This document shows positions 22,744-35,097 of a stretch of 64,000 nt of DNA, piece by piece; the first letter of the stretch is position 1, and each line of letters opens with the position of its first letter. Source of the DNA: Basidiobolus meristosporus CBS 931.73 (Eukaryota > Fungi > Basidiobolomycota). Below the pieces are notes generated by a model. That model was not told the origin of the DNA. It was given only the letters and a program-made list of their open reading frames with translations, and searched no databases. The stretch spans positions 9,378 through 73,377 of the forward strand of contig MCFE01000449.1 in NCBI GenBank assembly GCA_002104905.1, in the 5' to 3' direction. The position numbers and the translations under genes were made by a program.

Positions 22744-23861
22744 ATCGATGGCAAGCCTACCACAGCACACCAAATACACCTGTGGCAATAAGTTGAGACT
22801 GACTATATGCAATGTATGCTGGTGATGACGAGATGACTATATGCTATGTACATTGGTTAAAATAAACAAGTTACGTTCGATGATGACTCAGCCCCTTTTA
22901 CACGGACAGGCGCCATTCTCCAGACATCACATGAGCCTTGGTTTCAGACCCAGATGCACACACCCTGGACCTCATCGCACGTGACATGGCGAGACCGTGA
23001 AAGCGTAATAAGTTCGAAGAAGAACCAGGCGCTAGGGGCTTTCCGAAACGGTTAATTCTAACAAGGTTATCAATCCGTTTCCTTGATTGGCAAGCCACAG
23101 AGACAGGACTGCTTTAACAGGCAATCTCTTGTTCTCGAGCACGGGTGGGTATACATGGAAATCAGTTCCAGATGAAAGGGCACTCGATTGAGGCTGCCGA
23201 GCGAGGCTGGTGGATCAGATATGGCTTTCGTGGAAGGTTCCATGTCGATAGAGTTTTCGCGAATATGTTCGAGTGGGTGGTGATCTGCTGTTGACCTGAT
23301 CGACTGGCCCTTCTGGCCGATTGAAGTTGATCCGTATCCGAAGGCGGACAATGCAAACATTCCTGGAACAAGTCTGCACATATCAAGACTCCCAGTCCCT
23401 ATCATCAATAGGGAATACAATCTACTCAAACATTTCTATTTGCAACGATATCCCGGCTCACGTATTCCCCTAATCCACTGTGGCATTGTGTGGTGTAACA
23501 AAATGGCTGTGAACTGTTTAGCGCAACTAACGATACCCTGTAGCACGAATGTATATTTCGGGATGGATTGACTCCGAGAAAGTCCAGAATCAGGTTATTT
23601 CGGAGATGAATGGGATGCCATACAGTGTTCGAGGGGTGTACCAACTTTCGTGGCAGGTGACATCTGGTAGATGAACAAAAAGGTGTCTACATGTGAGAGG
23701 ATGAGGTAATGCAGTAAAGCGTACGAACAGTAACAAGTCAGGAATAGTTCACAATCGAAGATATACATAGAGAATTTAGGAGGGGTTGGGGTAACTCGGT
23801 CGTACGTGGCTGCCTCAAGAGGCGCTCAGCTGGACCTTTCGTAAGGGGAAACTTGGTATTT

Positions 23862-24936
23862 TCATGATGACGTCTTAGCGGCCATTCTGCACTCCGGGAG
23901 ATGCTCGCCCCTGTACTTGATGATATACGCTCCATCTCCCTGGCTGCTAACGGTCTTATTTACAGAGCAACCTTTATGCCAGTTGGCACATTTGTAGTAG
24001 GTGGACCTACAGAGAAACGTCGATTAAGTACGATGGGTTTGTTGGGATCGTGGGAGAGTTGGGGATTTACCTTAGACCTGTCTTCTTCTGGATGGTGTTT
24101 CCGTTGTTTAGCCAGACGTAGTTGTCCAGGTAGGGGAATTCCTTGGTCTCCACTATCATGGAGATCGGAAGCATCGCCTTGCGGTTTCTCTTTTTCTTGT
24201 CTGGTTTGGAGTGGGGAAACTGGCTGGCATTCGAGTTGGGTGCCAGGGGGGTAGCGCTGTTGTGGATGGAATCTAGCGAATTCGAAACTGGAATCAACCC
24301 TGGAATGGCGGGTGCGGCAATCGAGGTGGGGGAGATTAGGTTGGGGAATCCAGGTATAGTAGGTGAGGAATCGGTACTGGGATGAGATAAAAATGAATCA
24401 TTTTCAAGGGCGCTGAAGAGGGTTGGCGGGGATGCAGTGTCACTACTGGAGAAATATAAATACACATGCAACGATCGGGTATCTTCGAAACGGGAGCCTT
24501 ACCTGTCGTTGGAGGTCATTGCACTACTGAAGTTCGCGTAGTCCGGGAAGTCAGAGAAGTCCGGGCCTTGGGGGAATTCTGCTACGGCGAATGGGTCAGG
24601 CTCAATTCGGAGCCGAGTGTTTTTCCCCATGTCAAGGAGTTCCGGGAATAGTTCATCTCTGCCTCTCTTTGTCCCAGGCTCGGGCCATAAACACATCGAT
24701 GGATTGCTTTGCTCATACATCATCAGGTCCAGTTGCATGGAGCGAAGCCTGGTCTCTTCGGTTTTCCGTTTATCCTCTTGTAACTTAGATTGAAGGATCA
24801 GCTTGAGTAGTTCGGGCTGGTTAGAATAGTGGGAAAGTAGATCAACGAGCTCAAAGCGAGGGCCAGGTGGGGAAAATTCGGGAAGTGAATGAGCTCTCTC
24901 TGACTTGTGGAAAAAGGGAGGATTGTTACCGGTCAT
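23862..24936 (-). CDS. Fungal WRKY-like zinc-finger transcription factor (WLNNGNT variant), ~317 aa
   Basis: Exons 24936-24503, 24445-24071, 24006-23862 (954 nt, in frame). The spliced C-terminus reads DNYVWLNNGNTIQKKTGLRSTYYKCANWHKGCSVNKTV...YIIKYRGEHLPEC, i.e. C-X6-C-X21-H-X3-C. N-terminal helical block ELLKLILQSKLQEDKRKTEETRLR. Confidence 0.88.
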
Positions 24937-25081
24937 GATATATGTGGATGAATCTTGGACAACTTGGTGTTCAGTGGTCTATGTCGCTCAATTTAAAGTT
25001 TTTCGATTGCTGGCGTGCAGCAGACCATCACCCTATCAAGGAAGGGGATTCAATCAGGTTGATCGCACTCTAACCTCTGTA

Positions 25082-25090
25082 ATGACTCAT
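25082..25090. promoter_or_regulatory. Perfect AP-1/Gcn4-type site ATGACTCAT ~150 bp upstream of the WRKY-like ATG
   Basis: Exact motif match only; function untested. Confidence 0.35.
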
Positions 25091-28000
25091 TCCAATCATT
25101 AGCACTTCTCGAACCTTATTATCATCATTACCTACTAACACCACAATGCACGAGATGTGCTCGATATAACACGAATCTTCTTTGCCAGCCTCAATTCTAT
25201 CCACGCATCAGGATCCACGAAGTCAACCAGAAGCAGTCCATCCACTATGTGATCCAATGAATAAATCAGTTCAACCCTACTCTAGCTACCGAATCATGAT
25301 TCCGTTCAGATGCTTGGCCGTTCATGCTGATCCCACCAACCACGCTTCACGGATAGCACTCAAGGCCAATTAGAAATTTTTCCTGCAGAAACTTGCACTC
25401 GAATCGCCTCGGTGTTGCGGTGTCCAATCCATATGAAACCAATATAACACGTCAATCGCGTTCCTTGCCATATTGCAACCAAGCTCAAGAGAGTATCTGT
25501 GACTTGGATTAATGTACCAACAATGTATGCTTCATGTAGCGACACTAGAGAAGTTCCAAGGAATTCGCGCTGCTGTTTGTGGTGTGAGTCCGGGCCAATC
25601 TCCGAAATGAAACCCTTCATTAGATCCAATGACCAGGTGGATGTCGATTGTTTATCCACTCGAGTCCAATCATCAATTATTTTGATCCGCTAATCCACCT
25701 TTATCTGCCACTCGTCTGATGCAATGCCGCTTTTAAACATGTCTTGATCATGGACTTCATGACGACATGTGAGACTCTGTGGGCCAAAGGTGAGAGTCGG
25801 TTATTGTGAATCAGTACGCTCTTCGACGATTGACATACCTTCTTCAGCCATATCGATGGCTATAAACGTTGGATTACCTGTTTGTTCAAAGATGGTCAAG
25901 AAATTCATGCGAAGTAGCACCAACCTCAATAGGAAAAACCTGTGCATAGCACCTCACCAATATAGATGATCACCACTGCTTCCAAAGAACCTTTCATTGC
26001 TATATCGGTTGAGGTTGAGGCAAATTCCGGATGGTTGTGTAACATGTACCTTGCTGATAGAGGGTGGATCTTTAGGTTGAGTTGCTCCAATGAAACCCTG
26101 GGATTGGGCAATCCTCATGTTCCCATCACATTCGCGGAGTCTGGATAGAGCAAACGTTCTGACGATACTCCCCTTCTGGTTTATCCGCTGGAAGGTTCCT
26201 GTCTCTGTTCCTGCTCGGCCAGTGCACTGACACAGGATGGGTACTGGGACGGTGCGTTTCACGCTGGCCAGACCAAGGGGTTTATTTGATTTCCCTCTCC
26301 GCACAACATCGTCGCGAGTCCACCTGGCAATTCCATTTTCCAATCATCTAGGGAGAATCACATGGTTAAACAAGATACGCAACAGGGTCGGTTCGCCGGA
26401 TAAGGCAAGCTCGGACTGCATTGTTTCTACATGGCCAGAAAGGACTCGACCACTTACTTAAGCGGGTCAATCCTAACCATTTCCGCTGGGTGCTTACCGA
26501 GTAACGTGACCAGATCGAATGTGGCCAGGAGGTTGGCATATTGATATGAGAAGATGGGATTGATAGGTCGCATCCGAAACAAGCATCCATGTTAGCTCAT
26601 CACGTTAGGGGCACGGGGCCCAATCGTAAAGTGCTCACCGAACATCCTCCAGCCAGATTTGGAAGTCAGGCAACACAAATATCGCGAACATGGCACTCAG
26701 GGCATAGGGCTAAGCATGTATCAAATGGGTTTTAGTGGCACCAACGATTAGCGTGTGTGGGACTTGAACATACACAGCACCCAATTTCTCAAGGCTGATC
26801 TCGAGACGGGCCTCTATTCCGTAACACTTTGCTCCCATCCTGGTATTGGCCCACTTGTGGCACATCTTGGATCATCGTATCTGGGAACACCCCTGCATTC
26901 TCCGTCAGCGCCACGCCAATCCATTGATTTTCAAAGGCCAAGGGAAATCAGTGGTAGTCATGTGGAAATCCCACTAGCTAGAGACTGCACAAACTGCTAT
27001 CACATCGTCCATTTCCTTGGAGGTCCTGACAATCCTGAGATCGGAGATACCCACAGGATGGCAGTAGCTTTTCCACAATTTCAATCGAGCCAGTCCTGTT
27101 CACTTTTGTTATCTAATTACTGCATCGGGACTGCCTCAAGAGCTCCTCCCAGCCGCGAACAGAGTGCTCGCATTGGTTCTCTGCAGACGAGTACGGATGG
27201 ACCAAGCAGTATCTCACTGATCACCAGCCAAGAACTACACCAGCCGGATTCAATGTGCTATAGAATTCCTTCCTGTCACCACGGCTTTCGAGTTGTCGTT
27301 TTGTAGGTACTACATGGTGTCACGGATCATAAAACCTTACTTTGACCACGGATCCTGTTTTGTTCGGGCGTTGATTGGCTCAGATAACCGGTTGTCAGTA
27401 ATTCGTGCATACAATGTCTGGTGGGCTCTGTCCAGAATCCACATCAACCACACAATGAACAGGGAGGCGTGGACATTGGCCTTCCTCTGAATACATCTGA
27501 TACAGCTGTCCATTGGGTTATTGAGCATGATTATTCCAGCAGCCACTCTTGTGTGTAATCCGGGACTTGGCCATTGCGCCAGGTTAATAACCAAAGGCTA
27601 CATTGTATCGAAGCTAGGGTCGCAAAACTAGGGACTGGTTTGTCCTATTTGCGGAAGAGATTATTCTGTTTGTAAAGCTAGCCTACAATTGCTTGCTCAT
27701 CGTCTGGCGAAAACCGTATCTACAATTGACATTAGATTAGCCTAAAGCCGGATTTGGATATCTTGGGCACTGATATAGAATTTCACCCTTCCTAACAGCT
27801 GCGATCAGATCATAGATATGGTGGAATTGGTTCGAATTGCTCCTGTTCATTAATATGGTAGACAAATACCAAGGGCTTCTAAAACCATAGCTCGATCCGT
27901 TTTTGGATTCTCCCGACCAAGCTACTTGGATATTGTGCCTACCGAACTTTGCAAAATCGACATTTGTTTCGAGCGTGATTTTCGTAGCCCTGACATTTCC

Positions 28001-28511
28001 TGCGATCATTGGTTGCATAACAGTCCCCATATATTCTGACAATTCGACCACGTACGATGAGATGGCACCAGCTCGATAGAATATTTGGATATCAGATAGA
28101 TTACCATTTATCTACTTTGACTCCATGGTGAATTTTGGTTGTGGTGTTTAATGAATTCTTTGGAGATATGGTCTCGATGAAACAGGGCGGTATCTTCTAG
28201 ATTATCGGGAAGGCAGGGTCTATTACTCATTCAGGTAGAGATCACTAATTTGGACAAACCAACATACAAATAATCTAACCGTGGTACACTAATGTCAGCT
28301 AACTCACAAATCATTACCAAAGGCTGAACATGAAATCAATAGAAAGCCAGATCTATTCATGAAGGAGGTGATTTTCATGTGCAAACATGTTCCACTAGAA
28401 ACAACGTATTTGCCATTCAGCAGGCATTTTCCTTTTGATGAGCTCCAATCATTTACTTGTAAGCACATGGACCAGTACAAGTACAAGGACTGGAGAAGCT
28501 AGCAATGTATG

Positions 28512-29740
28512 TGTTGTAAATTTTGTATTTACACCTAAATATTCACCTAACTTGGTCACTTAGACCATAGTCTACAAATCCTAGGGAATTCTGGCCAAAC
28601 TCTTTGTTTGGATTTACTTGAAATACTAAAATGTATCTGGGACAAAATATGTTACTACAAAGATGCTCCCAGGAGAATAAATGAAATATCTAATTAACAG
28701 AATTACCCTATTGGTGGATGAGATGGAATCTGTGGGTGTACAAACTACTGATGAAGATGTGATACCTACCCTCCTGAATTGACTTCAAGACATGTTTTAA
28801 GGCCTTCTATCAGCCTTGGAGCTCAGAACTGAAGATATGATTTAAATTTTATATAAGGAAGGTTCCAGATGAAGATTAGGTAAATCAAACATCCAACAAG
28901 AAGGAAGAAGAAAATACTTTAAAAATAATGATAACCACCAAAGGAGGTAAGCAAGACACTTTAAAGGCAGCAGCCACCTTTCATGCAGCAGCGGTAAATG
29001 GGAAGGATACCTGTCAGACTGGTGCCTCAGGAAGTGATATATGCAGCACAAGGGCATTAATTTGGAAATGCTACAATTACTGCAGAGAATCTATTTATAT
29101 CTACACTTGGTACAAAAAAATCAAGAATTTTCCAACATGGTACATTGACTCTGAGTTATATCAACACTTGACACACCAAAGAAACTTTTTACTCAATATC
29201 AAGAATATTCAATTAAGAAGGTCTCATGGGAGTCAGTAGATCACTTGAGCAGTTGCATAGGTGATTACCCAAGTAAACCTCAGAAGTAACAAAGGAAGCA
29301 ACACACTTGACATCAAAGAAGTGCTCTATGTACCAGAAATAGCCAAGAATCTATTATTTATCAGCAAGATCACAGCAGAAGAACTCATTGTAGCTGAGAC
29401 AATTCTGGATGCAAGGTCACTGATTAAAATGGCAATCATGTTGCCTCATGTGTCAGAGATCAGACTCTATACAAAGGAGCCTGTGACCCTTAATATCTAG
29501 AAGCCTATTTGAGAAAATTAAATGAAGTAACACCAATGCTTTCACACAGGAGATTTGGACAATTCAACCATGGAACTTGGGTAAAATGATCAGAAATCAG
29601 CTAATTCCCCAAGTGAAAATTGATACAGCTAGTTTGGAGACTTATGAAGCCTGAATATTTGGAAGATAAGCCAGTCTGTTGGTCAAGAGTGTTGGATTTG
29701 TCAGAGCTAAGAAGAAATTAAACCTAACTCACTTGGATCC
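28512..29740 (+). mobile_element. Degenerate Ty1/Copia fragment A (truncated LTR, gag, protease, pre-integrase)
   Basis: LTR start TGTTGTAAA at 28512, shared with the other family members. Gag motif KM(Y)L...TKMLPGE, protease WYIDSE, pre-integrase H-RFG motif. Many stops. Confidence 0.8.
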
Positions 29741-29847
29741 ATCAAGATCCATATAATATTTACTTTCAACAGATAAGGAGCAGGTTTGTTTTGTCCCTAC
29801 TATCTAATGCTTAAGTGCAACTAGTATACTGAATTACTGCTGAATGC

Positions 29848-31355
29848 AAACCACATAATCTACTTATTCTCCTAGTTACTTCAAACATCCCACAGTCCCT
29901 TCAAACATCTCCAAGACTCTTACAACAGGTTATGAACCCTGAGCTGTCACTCACTGTGACATCAACTACTGCTATTACTGGAACTTTTCCCTCTGATGAA
30001 AGTAGTATGGATCAGACTACATAGTATGGAAGGTGAAGATGAAGATGCTGCTACAGGAAAGAGGCCTTTGGGATATTGCTATGGCACAAGAATACCCTCC
30101 ATAGAATATAGGAGAGGAAGTCTTAAGGTACCAGAAGAAAGAAGAAAGTGCCTTTAGCTGCATTTGCCTTGATGTGAAAGATAAGTTGCTGATTCCATGC
30201 TCAAAATTAAAAGCAGCAAAGAATGGCTGGAAGACATAGGGAGACCCCTATCAGTCATGTGCAGCTGCCAAGAAAATGTATCTTGGACAAATACTCCATG
30301 CTATAAAGATGCTGCCAGGTGTAGAAATGAAAAACCCAGTTAACAGAAATACTCTGTTGGTTGATGATATGGAATCTGTGGGTGTACCAGCTACTTATGA
30401 AGATGTCATAGTTGCCATCCTGATTAGCCTTACAGAGAGGTGTTGGAGCCTTAGAAAGGAAAGGACACACATTAGACAGTGGCCACAAAAAGGGAGATAA
30501 TCAGCAAAAAAACCTGAATTCAGAAATTCTGCAACAGCCAAAGATAAGGTATTCATATCAGCACTAACTATGACCACAAACAAGAATCTCAGATAAGGTG
30601 TATTAACTTTGGAGCATCTTAACACTTTACACACCAAAAACAACTTTCTACCCAATATCAAGAAATTCCAATTAAGTAGGTTTTCAGGGGTGACAATAGA
30701 ACACCTGATGAAGTTAGAGAAGAAACTATCCAAAATAAGCTTCAGAAGCAGTCAAGGAAGCCACACTCTTACTTTCAAAGAAGTACTCTATGTACCAGAA
30801 ATAGTCAAGAGCCTACTATCTGTAGCAAGCCCACAGCAGAAGGACTCAGTTTCAGTTTGACAATTCTAGATGCAGGATCACTGATCAATGGTGCCAATAT
30901 TACTTTAAGTATCAGAGATCAGAGTCTATACAAGTTGTTTAATAATCCATCATATTTGGGAGCCAATATAAGTAACTTAAGTAAAGAAACACCAATGCTT
31001 TGGCACAGGCAATTCAGACACATCAATTTCAATTATTTGCAGCAAATGATCAAAGATCAACTATTTTGCAAAGTGCAGATTGATCCCCCAGCTAATTCTG
31101 AGCACTGATGGACTGGCATATATAGGAAGCATACCAGAAAACTGCACCAGAGCTCTTGGTAAGTCAAAAATTGAAAAAATTGAGTCTAATTCACTCTAAT
31201 CTATGTGGGCTGATGCAAACTTTTACCCTGAGGCAGGATGAAGTATTTCATCAATTTTACTGATGATTACACAGTATATATGTGGGTCTACTTCATGGAA
31301 AGTAAGGAAGAAGCTCTGTCTAAGCTCAGGGACCTCAAAGCCATGGTAGAGATGG
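29848..31355 (+). mobile_element. Degenerate Ty1/Copia fragment B (LTR 3' part, PBS, gag, protease, 5' integrase)
   Basis: LTR end ...TTACAACA at 29927, then Copia-type PBS GGTTATGAACCC at 29928. LWHRQFRH and KYFINFTDDYT.YMWVYF motifs. Confidence 0.8.
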
Positions 31356-33653
31356 ATCTCCAGGCATTTGATACTGGAATGCTCACTTCTGAGATATTCA
31401 AGGGCACTGCTTCAGGCTGAGTCATGGTTGTAGAGTCCTCTGAAGTGAAAAAGTTATCATTGTTTTGCTCTGATTAACTTCAGACAATTGGTGCACTTAA
31501 TATCAGATTTTTGTCATCATTTGATGTCAATTTTTGTGAAATTTTCAATTTTCATCTGACAACACATCCCTGGACTTGATAAGCCTCTTTGCTTTGGTAC
31601 TGTAGAGTCTGTATGCTTTACTCTCATTGCAGTAGCCCATAATTTGCATTGTACACTTTTTGGCTCAAATATTTATTGATTTATGGGCAGTTTCTTGGCA
31701 TATGCTGTACAACCATATATTTTTAGATGTTCTGCACTTGGTCTGTATTCATACCATGCTATAAATGGAGTAGAATTACCAAGTATTCTGTTATAGTTCC
31801 TATATTTAAGGTATACAGCTGTGGCAGCTGATTCTGCCCATAAACCATGGGATAATTTTTGATCATGTATTGTAGATTTTGCCATATCAATTATTGGTAT
31901 GTTAGCATGTTCTGCTACTCCAATTTGCTGTGGGGAGTATGGTACAGTAGTCTTGTGCCTTATCCCATCAACTTTGCAGAAGTGGATGTAGATTTTTGAG
32001 GTATATTCTCCACCATTGTCAGTGCATATTTTCTTGATTTTTGCACCAATTTCTCTCTGTACCACAGCTTTAAGCTCCCTGAGCTTAGACAGTGCTTCTT
32101 GCTTTCTCTGCATGAAGTAAACCCACATGTATCTTATACAATCATCAATAAAAGTGATTAAATGCTTCATCCTACCTGAGGATAATTTTTGCATAGGTCC
32201 ACACAGATCTGAGTGAATTAGATCTAATTTTATCTTAGTTCTGATCAACCCAGAGCTCTTGAATGGCTGTCTGGCTTGTTTCCCATATATGCAGGCTTCA
32301 TAGTGCTCCAAATTAGCTGGGGGATCAACTTTTACTCAGGAAATTAGCTGATCTTTGATCATTTTGCACATATAATCAAAACTGATGCGCCCAAATCTCC
32401 TGTGCCAAATCATTGGTGTTTCTTTGTTTTAGCTACTTATATTGACTTCCAGATATGATGGAATATACATCAACCTGGGCAGATTCTGATCTCTGATACC
32501 CAAAGCAATATGGGCACCATGTTGACCAGTAACCTTGCATCCAGAATTGTCAATGCGGAAGTTGAGTCCTTCTGCTGTGGCCTTGCTTACAGATAACAGG
32601 CTCTTGGCTATTTCTGGTACATAGAGTACTTGTTTAAAGTTCAGTATATGGCTTCCTGCACTGCTTCTAAGGCTTACTTGGAAAATTGATTCTCCCACTG
32701 CATCTAGTGTTATATTTTCATCCATGAGTACTTCTTGATGGGAATTTCTAGATATTAGGTAAAAAGTTCTTTTTGGTGTGTATTGTGTTGAGATGCTCCA
32801 GAGTCAATATACCACGTATGAGAGTCCTTGTATGTGGTCATATTTAGTGCGGTGATGAATAGTCTATCCTCAGTTGTTGTAGCATTTCCATATTCAGGTT
32901 TCTTTTGCTGAGTATCCCACTTATTGAGACACCAGTCTGATGTGTCATTTCCTTTTGCAGTAGTTGCAAAACAGGTTGCTGTTGCATTAGTAAGGTCTTG
33001 AGTACCTTCTTTGTTAGTTATCATTGCTTATTAAAGCATTTTCTTCTTTCTTCTTATTGGTGCTTGATTTTCTTAATTCTTCATCCATGAGCCTTCCATA
33101 TATAAAATTGCAGGTCAAATCTTCAGCTCTGTACTCTCAGCTGATACAAGGCCTTGATACTAGACAGTCAAGCTATTCAGGATAGTTACTGTCACATCCT
33201 CATTAGTAGTTGGTACACACACAGATTCCATCTCATACACCAGCAGGTTAATTCTGTTAATTAGATTTTCATTTCTTCTCCTGGCAGCATCATTGTGGTA
33301 GAGAATTCTTGCCTCAGATACATTATCTTAGCAGCTGACCATGACTGGTTGGTGTCTTCTAATGCCTTCAAGGCATTCTTTACCATTTTTGCTCTTGAGC
33401 ATTAAATTAGCAATTTGTCTTTGACATTAATGCAAATGCAGTTAAAGGCACTTTGCTCTTTCTTCTTGTACTTTAAGGCTTCCTCTCACACATTTTTAGG
33501 AGGGGATTTTTCTCCCATGACAACATCCTAAAGCCTCTTTCTTGTGGCAGCATCTTCATCTTCACCTTCCACACTTGGTAGTTAGATCCATCTAACTTTT
33601 CAGCAGAGGGAAAAATTCCGGTATTAGCCATAGAAGACATTGCAGAAAGTGAC

Positions 33654-34349
33654 TGTTGTGCATTAAGATTTATGAATTAGCCAATTTCACTCCTTTAGAA
33701 AATCTAGTACCCTAGCAGATTTTCCCTAACCCAAACATAACTAATCCATATTATGGTTTATTTTATCACTTCTCAGAATCTCTTTTAGCTGTCACACCTG
33801 ATCAATTTTCAAGTGGTCATTATGTCCTCAACTGACCTGCAAAGCCTCTCCAAAGGATTAGTCATCTGAGATCTATCTAACCACTTAGCGGTTGCCAAGA
33901 CATCAGCTGATTAATGATGCAATTTTTCATTTATCTTATGCACCTATCAACACCCCAACAGATTTCAATTAGTCCAGTCTCTTGCGCTTACTAATTTAAC
34001 TTGATCAGAAAAATATAAATAAAGACTACTGAACCTTTTGGTTTAGTGTGTGTCTTGACAAAATTGATATTGTGCCTCAGCAAAATTAAGAATTCAAAAC
34101 TCTGTTCTAGTTTCCACCCAAGCCTAGCATATCTAGCATCCCTAAGAACACCAAGCCTAGCCAGTATAGCAAACCAACTCTGTTGCCTTTATAGCCCAAC
34201 TCAACTCTATACAAAACCAATATTAGGCCAGAACATCTCTGCTAATATTTCAGTCACCCTTGACAATTCTAAGATTCTGCACTTAGTTGTCACTTGGGTT
34301 CAGTTAACTCATTCATGAGTTTTATTACACTTTTATCTTGGATACAACA
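33654..34349. mobile_element. Solo LTR (696 bp, TGTTGT...ACAACA) with 5-bp TSD GTGAC
   Basis: GTGAC at 33649-33653 and 34350-34354. Interrupts Copia C just inside its PBS. Confidence 0.85.
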
Positions 34350-34467
34350 GTGACAGCTTGCGGCTCATATCCTGGTGTAAGAGCCTTGGAGATATTAGAA
34401 GTGATTGAGAGGATAAGTAGATTATGTGGTTTTCACATAATGATATATTGAATGTAAGAGTAGTATT

Positions 34468-34840
34468 TGTGGGTTATTACTGACTGTACTTGGTGAGCAG
34501 GAGAGCTTGTAGGTCAAGTCAGTACCACTTGGCTCAGAATAGCTTCTGATAGAAGGTAGCAAGGTAATAAAGACTTGTGTTTATTCCATCCAAATCTTGT
34601 TATTCTCTGACTTGGTTCAATTGGGTAAATATATATCACTTGGAGGGGCTTAGATAATAGACAATGTGTTAGAAACTAGGAGTGTGAACACCCTCCTTTT
34701 ATAGTAAGTGTTGTAATTAGATAAGGGCAGCAACAGGAGGGAGCACAAGTGGGGGACTCATAGGGAGGATACTGGGGGACTTTGGGTAGGGCTCTGGGGA
34801 GAACTCTTGGGCAAAGCGGGTACCACATTTAGTACTCACA
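34468..34840. mobile_element. Solo LTR (373 bp, TGTG...CACA) with 5-bp TSD GTATT
   Basis: GTATT at 34463-34467 and 34841-34845. Interrupts the 5' LTR of Copia C. Confidence 0.85.
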
Positions 34841-35097
34841 GTATTTATACTTTTACATGGTCTTGGCATTACAAACATAGAATAGGTTAAGGAAGATCCC
34901 AAGAACATATGTGCAAAGTTTGGGGCTATTTAGCCAACTTTGAGAATTTTCATGTCCTGGGTACCTGGCATTTTGGTAAAAGTATTCTAAGTAAATCCCA
35001 ACAAGGAATTTGGTCAGTATTCTCTAGAATCTGAAGGTAATGAGCTAAGTGACTAAGTTCAGTGGATATTTTGGTGGAATTACAAATTTTTACAACA

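Larger units (their letters stand above)
31360..35097 (-). mobile_element. Degenerate Ty1/Copia element C (5' LTR 34373-35097, PBS 34361-34372, gag, protease, integrase), carrying two nested solo LTRs
   Basis: Integrase ORF 31673-32311 (HSDLCGPM, FIDDCIRYMWVYF, TDNGGEY, PYSPQQIG.AE) and protease WYIDSGASQH. Minus-strand LTR matches the family. Joins fragment B tail-to-tail near 31355. Confidence 0.88.

Noticed and set aside
22898-23935. Several 65-119 aa minus-strand ORFs between the PRX-like and WRKY genes
   Set aside because: No recognisable domain or consistent exon chain; may be the WRKY 3' UTR or intergenic DNA.
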